Shown piece after piece: positions 23,299-33,675 of a stretch of 64,000 nt of DNA (its first letter is position 1; each line of letters begins with the position of its first letter). The position numbers and the translations under genes are program-made. The notes beneath the pieces were generated by a model. It made no database searches, had not been told where the DNA came from, and saw only the letters and a list, made by a program, of their open reading frames with translations. The stretch comes from Escherichia coli (lineage in GTDB: Bacteria; Pseudomonadota; Gammaproteobacteria; Enterobacterales; Enterobacteriaceae): NCBI RefSeq assembly GCF_036507355.1, contig NZ_AP027877.1; one strand, given 5' to 3'.

Positions 23299-24774
23299 TT
23301 AAATTTTGAGGGTGTTTAATAGCGCCTGATGCGCGCCGAATTGTACGATTTGTTGCCAGGCTTGTTCGATGGCCTGCACAAAATGCGGGTTATCTGGCAG
23401 ATCATCACCGAAAACTTCACGCAGGGAAAGCAGGGCGGTGACGCGTTGTTCACTGCTGCTGCCCGCAACAAGTTCGCGAATTTTATCGCTAAGCGGATCG
23501 CGAACATCAATGGCATTTCCGGCATCATCAACGCCGCTGACGTAACGCATCCAGCCAGCAACGCCTAATGCCAGCAACGACCAGTCCGTTTCACGCCCCA
23601 GATGTATGCGAATACCTGCCAGCATACGTTGCGGTAATTTCTGGCTGCCATCCATCGCGATTTGCCAGGTCTTATGTTTCAGCGACGGATTAGCAAAACG
23701 TGCAATTAACTTATCCGCATATTGTGTTAAATCGACATCTTTAATTTGCAGTGTCGGCGCTTGCTCATCCAGCATTAATGTTCTGGCGGCATGGCGAAAT
23801 GCGCGATCCTGCATGCAATCACTGATGTGGGCGAATCCTGAGAGGTAACCCAGATAAGCGAGAAAAGAGTGGCTGCCATTAAGCATCCGCAGTTTCATCT
23901 CTTCCCATGGCAGGACATCATTCACCATTTGTACACCTGCGACTTCCCAGGCAGGACGCCCAGCGACGAAGTTATCTTCAACCACCCACTGGATAAACGG
24001 TTCGCAGCTAATCGCGCAGGGATCATTTACCCCCAGATGCTGGCTGATTTCTGCCAGTGATTCGTCGGTTGCAGCCGGAACAATGCGGTCGACCATGGTT
24101 CCCGGAAAACTGACGTGTTCTTTTATCCACCCGGCGAGTTCTGGCGAACGTTTTTCTGCCATTCCCAGCACCGCGTTTTTCACCACATGGCCATTGTCGG
24201 GAATATTGTCGCAGGAGAGCACGGTAAACGGTGTAAGGCCGCGCTCACGGCGGCGTTTCAGTGCTTCGACTAGAATACCTGGCGCGGAGTGAGGTTCTTC
24301 AGGGTTTTGTAGATCGTGAATAATCCGCGGATTGCTGGTGTCGAGTGCACCGGTGGCCGGGTCAATACAATAGCCTTTTTCGGTAATCGTCAGGGAAACA
24401 ATTGCCACCTGTGGCTCGCAAAACTTCTCAATAATTGCCGCTAAGGAATCCAGTTTTGCATTCAGGCATTCGTGAACGGCACCGACAATTATCGCCTGAT
24501 TGCCGTCCGCCCCTTTCTCCAGCACGGTGTATAAATGGTTCTGTGCGCGGAGCTGGCTCATCAGTTGATCACCGCTGAACAAGCTGATTTCACAGATCCC
24601 CCAGTCACCGCCCTGGGCATTCAGCACACGATCGGTCAGTAACGCCTGATGTGCGCGGTGAAAGGCTCCAAAGCCAAAATGAACGATACGTGATTGCAAC
24701 TGCTGGCGATCGTAGCGTGGAGCGTGTACATGATGCGGGAGCGTAACGGAGGCGATTGTATTCATAGGAGTCAC
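23299..24774 (-). CDS. yeiQ: Mannitol-dehydrogenase-family oxidoreductase YeiQ
   Basis: 491-aa ORF with a Rossmann GFGAFHRAHQ N-terminus typical of mannonate/fructuronate reductases; exact start uncertain by a few codons. Confidence 0.85.
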   Translation of the reverse strand: MTPMNTIASVTLPHHVHAPRYDRQQLQSRIVHFGFGAFHRAHQALLTDRVLNAQGGDWGICEISLFSGDQLMSQLRAQNHLYTVLEKGADGNQAIIVGAVHECLNAKLDSLAAIIEKFCEPQVAIVSLTITEKGYCIDPATGALDTSNPRIIHDLQNPEEPHSAPGILVEALKRRRERGLTPFTVLSCDNIPDNGHVVKNAVLGMAEKRSPELAGWIKEHVSFPGTMVDRIVPAATDESLAEISQHLGVNDPCAISCEPFIQWVVEDNFVAGRPAWEVAGVQMVNDVLPWEEMKLRMLNGSHSFLAYLGYLSGFAHISDCMQDRAFRHAARTLMLDEQAPTLQIKDVDLTQYADKLIARFANPSLKHKTWQIAMDGSQKLPQRMLAGIRIHLGRETDWSLLALGVAGWMRYVSGVDDAGNAIDVRDPLSDKIRELVAGSSSEQRVTALLSLREVFGDDLPDNPHFVQAIEQAWQQIVQFGAHQALLNTLKI

Positions 24775-24987
24775 GTCTTAGTAACGATTAATTAACAATG
24801 ACAGTGTAAAGTTATATGACAGCAATTGAAATTGGTCTGGATTGTTAATGCGATGAAGTGTGAGGGCGATCAATCAACGAGTGAAAATTGCGGGCATAAG
24901 GTGTTCAGGAAGCGCAAAATAGAAGATTGGTATAATAAATTAAAAAAGGGACAGCCTGAGCTATCCCTTTTCTGCATGCGGCTGAAG

Positions 24988-25560
24988 TTAGTCAGCACGC
25001 CCCATATAACGGCGTTCTTCGATATGGATACGAATTTTTTCGCCCGGGCTTAAGTATTCTGGTACCTGAATCACCAGACCAGTGCTCAATGTCGCCGGTT
25101 TGTTACGGGCGCTGGCAGATGCCCCTTTGATGCCTGGTGCGGTTTCAACGATTTCCAGATCAACGGTCTGCGGCAGCTCAAGCGCCAGCAGTTGACCGTC
25201 CCAGGTCAGCACCTGCATGTCCGGCATGCCGCCTTCTGGCATAAACAGCAACTCTTCTTCAATCTGATCTTTGGTGAAGGTATACGGGGTATAGTCTTCT
25301 TTATCCATAAAGACATATTCGTTACCATCGACATAGGAGAAGTCAACGTAACGGCGGGTCAGCGTCACGGTGTCAACGATATCATCACCTTTGAAACGCT
25401 CTTCTACTTTCAGCCCGGTACGGACATCAGAAAAACGCATTTTGTACAGCGTAGCGGCACCGCGGGCAGTGGGCGACTGAATATCAATGTCCTTAACCAG
25501 CAGCAGTTTGCCGTTGTAATTCAGTACCATACCTTTTTTAATTTCGTTCGCTCTTGGCAT
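24988..25560 (-). CDS. efpL: Elongation factor P-like protein EfpL (YeiP)
   Basis: 190-aa [22 protein letters not shown] with KOW/EF-P domains; start placed at the internal Met of the 275-aa ORF. Confidence 0.9.
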
Positions 25561-25714
25561 CGAAAAATTCCTGTAGTCGAAAATGTCAAAAATATCGCGA
25601 CAAAGTACTCGCGACGGGCCTTTCGGGCAAGTGGTATTCGCACTTTTGCTGGTGCAAAAAAGGTGGTACTGTGCGCGCTCATCAATCCGGTGGTTAACCT
25701 TAAGAGAACAACGT

Positions 25715-25969
25715 ATGGAATGCCGTCCGGGTTGCGGGGCGTGTTGCACTGCCCCTTCAATTTCCAGCCCTATTCCCGGTATGCCAGATGGCAAGCCCGC
25801 CAATACGCCCTGCATTCAGCTTGATGAACAGCAACGCTGTAAAATTTTCACCTCGCCACTGCGGCCGAAAGTCTGTGCAGGCTTACAAGCCAGCGCTGAA
25901 ATGTGCGGTAACTCGCGTCAGCAGGCAATGACCTGGCTTATCGATCTGGAAATGCTGACCGCGCCTTAA
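25715..25969 (+). CDS. yeiW: UPF0153 Cys-rich small protein YeiW (C-x3-C-x2-CC putative Zn/Fe-binding motif)
   Basis: 84-aa [15 protein letters not shown] with 8 Cys; 3' end overlaps the setB stop by 4 bp on the opposite strand. Confidence 0.75.
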
Positions 25970-27147
25970 ACATCTTTAATCCGCAGTAAGCAAAACAGAG
26001 TGGCGATAATCATCACCATCGCAAACCAGAACACAGCGTGATAATTCCAGATCTCGGCGACGATGCCCGCTACAGATCCTGCGATGATCCAGCCCACGCG
26101 CGACGTGTTGGTATAGAGCGTGGTGGCTGAACCTGCCTGACCGGGCATCAAATCCTGAAAATAGAGCATCCCGATGCCGCCCAGAATGCCAATAAAAATA
26201 GCATTTAGCAGTTGCAAGCCCAACAGAATGGCAGGTGAATGCGCCATCAGCATTCCTGCGTAAAAACAGACGCCACCCACGGCAGCAACGCGCATTAAGA
26301 AACGCTTACCCAGACGTTTGGCAAAATATCCGGCAATCAACATGGTCGGGATTTCCAGCCCGGCGGCGGTCCCCATCATTACGCCTGCCAGTTTCTCGGG
26401 AAGATGCAGTTCGTTGATTATAAATAGCGGCATGTTGATGATGTACAGACTGTTCGAGCCCCACATCAATGTACAAATGACAAACAGCAGCAGCGTATCG
26501 CGACGGTTACGGCGCGGCGCTTCAAGCGTGCCGGTCGCCAGCGGAAGCTCTTTTTGCATCGACGGTAAAAACAGCCACACCATCACGCCGCAAACAATAA
26601 ATGCTACCGCTGCGCTCAGATACATTACCGTAAAGCTGAACCCCATCGCTAAGGCATAAGCCAGCGGTGGGCCAATGACCCATGCCAGTGAAACCTGAGC
26701 GCGTAAAAAAGAGCTGAACATCACCGCCTCACGTCCGGTTTTGTCGGCATGTTCACGGGCAAGGGCAAACATTTGCGGGTTAGCGGTCGAGCCAAAGCTG
26801 CTAAGAAAGACGCCAACGAATAGCAAAACAAAGTAGTTGCGATTCCAGGCAAAAAGGGTGCAGGCCAGCACGCCTAACAGGCAGCAAAAGACAATCAGCG
26901 ATTTGCGATCGCCGCGCTTATCAGAGCGCCCGGCGAGAAACTGACTCACCAGAATCCCAATGACAGCGCTGCCGGTAAAGAAGAATCCCACCATCGCCGG
27001 ACGGGCATGTACTTCATCGGTAAGAAAAATACTGAGTGTCGGGGTTTGCAGAGCGCCCGCAATACCGGTGAGAAAGGCAACGATTAAAAACGCCGTCGAG
27101 GTCAGGTCAAACGATTTCGCGCTGGAGACTGCGGGGGAGTTATGCAT
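25966..27147 (-). CDS. setB: MFS sugar efflux transporter SetB
   Basis: 393-aa ORF with 12 TM segments; divergent from fruB. Confidence 0.9.
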
Positions 27148-27415
27148 GCTGGTCGATCACTGGAAGAGGAAGACGCGGAGTTTACGCTGCTTGTCAGAAA
27201 ATAAACAGACAGCGAAATCAAAAGCGCCACGAATAATCAAAATGCCATTTCACTGTTGCTGATTGGCTGCTGACGCTGCTGAAATGAAATTGCTGATAAC
27301 GGATTTTCCCATCAGCAATTAGGAAAAATGACAAAAAATTGTGCAGCACATCAAACTTTTGCTCATAACTTTACGGCTTTCCTTGCGTGCTGAAACAGAA
27401 GTATTATGCTTTCTT

Positions 27416-27427
27416 GAAACGTTTCAG
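27416..27427. promoter_or_regulatory. Cra (FruR) operator tgaaacgtttca in the fruB promoter
   Basis: Perfect palindromic match to the Cra core TGAAWCSNTTTCA consensus, about 90 bp upstream of the fruB start. Confidence 0.75.
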
Positions 27428-27479
27428 CGCGATCTTGTCTTTAACCCTAAGCCAGGTTGGCGCTTTTTTTCTCATAGAA

Positions 27480-27500
27480 GCTGAATCGTTTCAATTCAGC
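27480..27500. promoter_or_regulatory. Second Cra operator gctgaatcgtttcaattcagc
   Basis: Palindrome GCTGAAtcgtTTCAattcagc overlapping the fruB 5' UTR, just before the RBS gagaggag. Confidence 0.7.
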
Positions 27501-27514
27501 AAGAGAGGAGAACT

Positions 27515-28645
27515 ATGTTCCAGTTATCCGTACAGGACATCCATCCGGGCGAAAAGGCCGGAGACAAAGAAGAGGCGATTCGCCAGGTCGCTGCGGCGCT
27601 GGTGCAGGCCGGTAATGTAGCAGAAGGCTACGTCAATGGCATGCTGGCGCGCGAACAGCAAACCTCAACGTTCCTCGGCAATGGTATTGCTATTCCACAC
27701 GGCACTACCGACACCCGCGATCAGGTGCTGAAAACCGGCGTTCAGGTATTTCAGTTCCCGGAAGGCGTCACCTGGGGTGACGGTCAGGTAGCGTACGTAG
27801 CGATCGGTATTGCTGCCAGCTCGGATGAGCATCTGGGCCTGCTACGCCAGCTGACCCACGTACTGAGCGATGATTCCGTTGCTGAACAACTGAAGTCAGC
27901 AACAACAGCAGAAGAACTTCGCGCATTGCTGATGGGCGAAAAGCAGAGTGAGCAGTTGAAGCTCGACAACGAAATGCTGACGCTGGATATCGTCGCCAGC
28001 GATCTGCTGACTCTTCAGGCGCTGAACGCTGCGCGTCTGAAAGAAGCGGGGGCAGTTGACGCCACTTTCGTCACCAAAGCCATCAATGAACAACCGCTGA
28101 ACCTCGGACAGGGCATCTGGCTGAGCGATAGCGCCGAAGGCAATCTGCGTAGCGCGATTGCGGTAAGCCGTGCGGCAAATGCTTTTGATGTGGACGGCGA
28201 AACGGCAGCCATGCTGGTGAGTGTGGCGATGAATGACGATCAGCCCATTGCGGTTCTTAAGCGTCTCGCTGATTTGTTGCTCGACAATAAAGCTGACCGC
28301 TTGCTGAAAGCGGATGCGGCAACGTTGCTGGCGCTGCTGACCAGCGATGATGCGCCGACCGACGACGTGTTAAGCGCGGAGTTTGTGGTGCGCAATGAAC
28401 ACGGCCTGCATGCTCGTCCAGGTACCATGCTGGTCAACACCATTAAACAATTTAACAGTGATATTACCGTGACAAACCTTGATGGCACCGGCAAACCGGC
28501 AAACGGACGTAGTCTGATGAAAGTTGTGGCACTTGGCGTTAAGAAAGGTCATCGCCTACGCTTTACCGCCCAGGGTGCAGATGCTGAACAGGCGCTGAAA
28601 GCAATCGGCGACGCTATCGCTGCTGGTCTTGGGGAGGGCGCATAA
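27515..28645 (+). CDS. fruB: Fructose PTS diphosphoryl transfer protein FPr (EIIA-Fru, M domain, HPr-like)
   Basis: 376-aa ORF with an EIIA(Fru) N-terminus and an HPr-like C-terminus ([11 protein letters not shown]). Confidence 0.92.
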
Positions 28646-29583
28646 TGAGCAGACGTGTTGCTACTATCACCCTTAATCCGGCTTATGACCTTGTTGGTTT
28701 CTGTCCGGAAATTGAACGCGGCGAAGTGAACCTGGTGAAAACCACCGGTCTGCATGCGGCGGGTAAAGGCATCAACGTGGCCAAAGTATTAAAAGACTTG
28801 GGAATTGATGTCACCGTTGGCGGCTTCCTCGGTAAAGACAATCAGGATGGTTTTCAGCAACTGTTCAGCGAGCTGGGCATTGCCAACCGTTTCCAGGTTG
28901 TACAGGGGCGCACCCGAATTAACGTTAAGCTGACGGAAAAAGACGGCGAAGTGACCGACTTCAACTTCTCGGGTTTTGAAGTCACCCCCGCCGACTGGGA
29001 ACGCTTTGTGACTGATTCTCTGAGCTGGCTCGGTCAGTTCGATATGGTCTGTGTCAGCGGAAGCTTACCGTCAGGCGTCAGCCCGGAAGCGTTCACCGAC
29101 TGGATGACTCGCCTGCGTAGTCAGTGTCCTTGCATTATCTTTGATAGTAGCCGTGAAGCGTTAGTAGCAGGTTTGAAAGCGGCACCGTGGCTGGTGAAAC
29201 CTAACCGCCGCGAGCTGGAAATCTGGGCAGGCCGTAAACTGCCTGAAATGAAAGATGTGATTGAAGCTGCGCATGCGCTGCGTGAACAAGGTATTGCGCA
29301 TGTCGTTATTTCACTGGGTGCCGAAGGCGCGCTTTGGGTTAATGCCTCCGGCGAATGGATCGCCAAACCACCGTCAGTCGATGTCGTAAGCACCGTTGGC
29401 GCAGGGGATTCTATGGTTGGTGGCCTGATTTATGGCTTGCTAATGCGTGAATCCAGTGAACACACACTGCGTCTGGCGACTGCTGTTGCAGCCCTGGCGG
29501 TAAGTCAAAGCAATGTGGGTATTACCGATCGTCCGCAGTTGGCCGCAATGATGGCGCGCGTCGACTTACAACCTTTTAACTGA
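28645..29583 (+). CDS. fruK: 1-phosphofructokinase (PfkB family)
   Basis: 312-aa ORF; the ATGA start overlaps the fruB stop; GAGD motif. Confidence 0.92.
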   Translation: MSRRVATITLNPAYDLVGFCPEIERGEVNLVKTTGLHAAGKGINVAKVLKDLGIDVTVGGFLGKDNQDGFQQLFSELGIANRFQVVQGRTRINVKLTEKDGEVTDFNFSGFEVTPADWERFVTDSLSWLGQFDMVCVSGSLPSGVSPEAFTDWMTRLRSQCPCIIFDSSREALVAGLKAAPWLVKPNRRELEIWAGRKLPEMKDVIEAAHALREQGIAHVVISLGAEGALWVNASGEWIAKPPSVDVVSTVGAGDSMVGGLIYGLLMRESSEHTLRLATAVAALAVSQSNVGITDRPQLAAMMARVDLQPFN

Positions 29584-29599
29584 CAGCAGGAGAGGCATA

Positions 29600-31291
29600 A
29601 TGAAAACGCTGCTGATTATTGACGCTAATCTCGGTCAGGCACGCGCCTATATGGCGAAGACCCTGCTGGGCGCGGCGGCGCGAAAAGCAAAACTGGAAAT
29701 CATCGACAATCCGAACGACGCAGAAATGGCGATTGTTCTCGGTGATTCCATCCCGAATGACAGCGCGCTGAACGGTAAAAATGTCTGGCTGGGCGATATT
29801 TCCCGGGCAGTTGCGCACCCTGAGCTGTTCCTGAGTGAAGCCAAAGGCCATGCGAAACCTTACACTGCGCCGGTCGCTGCGACAGCACCGGTTGCCGCCA
29901 GCGGTCCGAAACGCGTAGTTGCGGTGACTGCTTGCCCGACTGGCGTAGCACACACCTTTATGGCGGCTGAAGCCATTGAAACCGAAGCGAAAAAACGTGG
30001 CTGGTGGGTGAAAGTTGAAACCCGTGGTTCTGTTGGTGCGGGTAATGCAATCACCCCCGAAGAAGTAGCCGCAGCGGATCTGGTGATTGTGGCGGCAGAT
30101 ATCGAAGTGGATCTGGCGAAATTTGCTGGTAAACCGATGTATCGTACCTCTACCGGTCTGGCGCTGAAGAAAACCGCGCAGGAACTGGATAAAGCGGTTG
30201 CTGAAGCAACGCCGTATGAACCGGCGGGCAAAGCTCAAACGGCGACCTCTGAAGGTAAGAAAGAGAGTGCAGGCGCATACCGTCACTTGCTGACGGGCGT
30301 CTCTTACATGCTGCCGATGGTCGTTGCAGGTGGTCTGTGTATCGCGCTTTCTTTTGCTTTTGGTATCGAAGCGTTTAAAGAGCCGGGTACGTTGGCAGCG
30401 GCGCTGATGCAGATTGGTGGTGGTTCAGCCTTTGCGCTGATGGTGCCGGTACTGGCAGGTTACATTGCCTTCTCCATTGCCGATCGTCCGGGTCTCACGC
30501 CGGGTCTGATTGGCGGTATGCTGGCGGTCAGCACCGGTTCTGGCTTCATTGGCGGTATTATTGCGGGCTTCCTGGCTGGTTACATTGCGAAGTTAATCAG
30601 TACGCAACTGAAACTGCCACAGAGTATGGAGGCGCTGAAACCGATCCTGATCATTCCGCTAATTTCCAGTCTGGTGGTCGGTCTGGCGATGATCTACCTG
30701 ATCGGTAAACCGGTTGCTGGCATTCTCGAAGGGTTGACTCACTGGCTGCAGACCATGGGGACTGCGAATGCGGTTCTGCTGGGGGCGATCCTCGGTGGCA
30801 TGATGTGTACTGACATGGGCGGTCCGGTAAATAAAGCAGCGTACGCATTCGGTGTGGGTCTGCTGAGTACTCAAACCTATGGCCCGATGGCGGCGATTAT
30901 GGCGGCAGGTATGGTGCCACCGCTGGCAATGGGTCTGGCAACAATGGTGGCGCGTCGCAAATTCGACAAAGCGCAGCAGGAAGGTGGCAAAGCCGCTCTG
31001 GTTCTTGGTCTGTGCTTTATTTCGGAAGGTGCAATTCCGTTTGCTGCTCGTGATCCGATGCGTGTGCTGCCGTGCTGTATCGTGGGTGGGGCGCTGACTG
31101 GCGCAATCTCAATGGCGATTGGTGCGAAACTGATGGCACCGCACGGTGGTCTGTTTGTTCTGCTGATCCCTGGCGCTATTACGCCGGTACTGGGTTACCT
31201 GGTAGCAATTATTGCCGGTACGCTGGTGGCGGGTTTGGCCTATGCCTTCCTGAAACGTCCGGAAGTGGACGCAGTAGCGAAAGCCGCGTAA
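29600..31291 (+). CDS. fruA: PTS fructose-specific EIIB'BC
   Basis: 563-aa ORF with IIB domains (CPTGVAHT) and a polytopic IIC domain. Confidence 0.92.
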   Translation: MKTLLIIDANLGQARAYMAKTLLGAAARKAKLEIIDNPNDAEMAIVLGDSIPNDSALNGKNVWLGDISRAVAHPELFLSEAKGHAKPYTAPVAATAPVAASGPKRVVAVTACPTGVAHTFMAAEAIETEAKKRGWWVKVETRGSVGAGNAITPEEVAAADLVIVAADIEVDLAKFAGKPMYRTSTGLALKKTAQELDKAVAEATPYEPAGKAQTATSEGKKESAGAYRHLLTGVSYMLPMVVAGGLCIALSFAFGIEAFKEPGTLAAALMQIGGGSAFALMVPVLAGYIAFSIADRPGLTPGLIGGMLAVSTGSGFIGGIIAGFLAGYIAKLISTQLKLPQSMEALKPILIIPLISSLVVGLAMIYLIGKPVAGILEGLTHWLQTMGTANAVLLGAILGGMMCTDMGGPVNKAAYAFGVGLLSTQTYGPMAAIMAAGMVPPLAMGLATMVARRKFDKAQQEGGKAALVLGLCFISEGAIPFAARDPMRVLPCCIVGGALTGAISMAIGAKLMAPHGGLFVLLIPGAITPVLGYLVAIIAGTLVAGLAYAFLKRPEVDAVAKAA

Positions 31292-31615
31292 TAAAAGGTG
31301 TGTTACAGGGCAGAATTTTACTGCCCTGTATCATTGGATGAGCGCAAAGAGAATGACCGGTTTGTGAATGTAATTTTATGAATTTAAATGGTTTTATCTT
31401 TCAGTAGAAACCTGAAACGTTCATCAAACACTAAGGTTATTTCCTCAAGGGCAGATTCTTTTCTGCCCTTTTTTAGTGTTCATGTTCTGTGCATCCCGTC
31501 ACAAATTCCTCGCTTTTGTAATTCTGGCATTTAATCGCATTTTGTGAGCCTGCTCAAATCTGCCCGCTTTGCCTCTCTGGCGGCAATTTACTTTACGTAA
31601 AACATGCATACTATG

Positions 31616-31647
31616 AGCACATGTTTAAATATGAACACATGTTTAAA
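31616..31647. promoter_or_regulatory. Direct repeat gagcacatgtttaaa / gaacacatgtttaaa (17-bp period), a candidate operator upstream of psuK
   Basis: Two near-identical 15-mers, each containing the palindromes ACATGT and TTTAAA, 70-100 bp upstream of the psuK start. Confidence 0.35.
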
Positions 31648-31714
31648 CTGTCTTTGCAGTATCTATATTCTTGTGGATTGACAGGGTTGGTAATTTTTTA
31701 CCAGAGGACGTGCT

Positions 31715-32656
31715 ATGCGCGAAAAGGATTATGTCGTAATTATAGGCTCGGCGAATATTGATGTCGCCGGATATTCACATGAATCATTAAATTATGCGGA
31801 TTCAAATCCAGGTAAAATAAAATTTACGCCTGGTGGGGTAGGGCGCAATATTGCACAAAACCTGGCGTTGCTGGGTAATAAAGCCTGGCTACTGAGCGCC
31901 GTAGGCAGTGATTTTTATGGCCAATCGCTGCTAACGCAAACCAATCAATCTGGCGTTTATGTCGATAAATGCCTGATTGTGCCGGGAGAAAATACGTCGA
32001 GCTATTTATCATTACTCGATAATACCGGTGAAATGCTGGTTGCTATAAATGACATGAATATTAGCAACGCTATTACAGCTGAATATCTCGCACAGCACCG
32101 TGAATTTATTCAGAGGGCAAAGGTCATTGTCGCGGACTGTAATATCAGTGAAGAGGCACTGGCATGGATTCTGGATAATGCTGCCAACGTACCCGTATTT
32201 GTCGATCCGGTTTCAGCGTGGAAATGTGTCAAAGTGCGCGACCGTCTAAATCAGATCCACACTCTGAAGCCAAACCGCCTTGAAGCGGAAACACTGAGTG
32301 GGATTGCGCTGTCAGGGCGTGAAGATGTGGCAAAAGTTGCTGCCTGGTTCCATCAACATGGCCTGAACCGACTGGTATTGAGCATGGGCGGCGATGGCGT
32401 TTATTACAGCGATATCAGCGGTGAAAGTGGCTGGTCTGCGCCGATCAAAACCAATGTTATTAATGTTACCGGAGCGGGCGATGCCATGATGGCGGGACTT
32501 GCTTCGTGTTGGGTAGACGGAATGCCGTTTGCCGAATCTGTTCGTTTCGCACAGGGATGTTCGTCAATGGCGCTCTCCTGTGAATACACCAATAACCCCG
32601 ATTTATCGATTGCCAACGTTATATCGTTAGTGGAGAACGCAGAATGTCTGAATTAA
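31715..32656 (+). CDS. psuK: Pseudouridine kinase PsuK (YeiC), PfkB family
   Basis: 313-aa ORF with PfkB motifs (GGVGRN, TGAGDAM). Confidence 0.88.
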   Translation: MREKDYVVIIGSANIDVAGYSHESLNYADSNPGKIKFTPGGVGRNIAQNLALLGNKAWLLSAVGSDFYGQSLLTQTNQSGVYVDKCLIVPGENTSSYLSLLDNTGEMLVAINDMNISNAITAEYLAQHREFIQRAKVIVADCNISEEALAWILDNAANVPVFVDPVSAWKCVKVRDRLNQIHTLKPNRLEAETLSGIALSGREDVAKVAAWFHQHGLNRLVLSMGGDGVYYSDISGESGWSAPIKTNVINVTGAGDAMMAGLASCWVDGMPFAESVRFAQGCSSMALSCEYTNNPDLSIANVISLVENAECLN

Positions 32657-33582
32657 AAATTTCCCCTGAATTATTACAAATTTCCCCGGAAGTGCAGGAC
32701 GCTTTAAAAAACAAAAAACCGGTTGTGGCGCTGGAATCGACCATTATTTCTCACGGGATGCCGTTCCCACAAAATGCCCAGACCGCAATTGAAGTTGAAG
32801 AAACTATTCGTAAACAGGGCGCAGTACCTGCCACTATCGCCATTATTGGTGGCGTGATGAAAGTGGGTTTAAGCAAAGATGAAATTGAATTACTGGGTCG
32901 TGAAGGGCATAACGTGACCAAAGTTAGTCGTCGCGATTTACCTTTTGTTGTTGCCGCCGGAAAAAATGGCGCAACCACTGTGGCTTCAACGATGATTATT
33001 GCGGCGCTTGCCGGAATTAAAGTATTTGCCACCGGGGGAATTGGTGGTGTTCATCGCGGGGCGGAACATACCTTCGATATTTCTGCCGATTTGCAAGAAC
33101 TGGCAAATACTAATGTCACCGTTGTTTGTGCCGGGGCGAAATCTATTCTCGATTTAGGATTAACCACTGAGTATTTAGAAACCTTCGGTGTGCCGTTAAT
33201 TGGCTATCAGACTAAAGCGCTGCCTGCGTTTTTCTGCCGCACCAGCCCGTTTGACGTCAGCATTCGTCTCGACAGCGCCAGCGAAATTGCCCGTGCAATG
33301 GCGGTGAAATGGCAAAGCGGGCTGAACGGTGGCCTCGTGGTAGCGAACCCGATCCCGGAACAGTTTGCTATGCCGGAACACACTATCAATGCGGCGATCG
33401 ATCAGGCGGTAGCTGAAGCTGAAGCGCAGGGTGTTATTGGTAAAGAAAGTACGCCATTCCTGCTGGCGCGCGTTGCTGAGCTGACCGGCGGTGACAGCCT
33501 GAAATTCAACATCCAGCTGGTGTTCAACAACGCCATTCTGGCGAGCGAAATTGCCAAAGAATATCAGCGTCTCGCGGGTTAA
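32644..33582 (+). CDS. psuG: Pseudouridine-5'-phosphate glycosidase PsuG (YeiN)
   Basis: 312-aa ORF of the indigoidine-synthase-A-like family; 13-bp overlap with psuK. Confidence 0.88.
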   Translation: MSELKISPELLQISPEVQDALKNKKPVVALESTIISHGMPFPQNAQTAIEVEETIRKQGAVPATIAIIGGVMKVGLSKDEIELLGREGHNVTKVSRRDLPFVVAAGKNGATTVASTMIIAALAGIKVFATGGIGGVHRGAEHTFDISADLQELANTNVTVVCAGAKSILDLGLTTEYLETFGVPLIGYQTKALPAFFCRTSPFDVSIRLDSASEIARAMAVKWQSGLNGGLVVANPIPEQFAMPEHTINAAIDQAVAEAEAQGVIGKESTPFLLARVAELTGGDSLKFNIQLVFNNAILASEIAKEYQRLAG

Positions 33583-33675
33583 TTTCTGACGGGCAGAAAG
33601 CCGTCGCCCGTACTGATCATACATACCGAAACCTGGCGCTGACGCCGGGTTTACTGGCATGAAGGGAAAATCATT

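Noticed and set aside
29576-30286. 236-aa minus-strand ORF inside fruA
   Set aside because: It lies wholly antisense within the well-supported fruA coding region. It has no RBS, it is Arg/Cys-rich and has biased composition typical of antisense frames of GC-rich genes, and I recognise no homologue.
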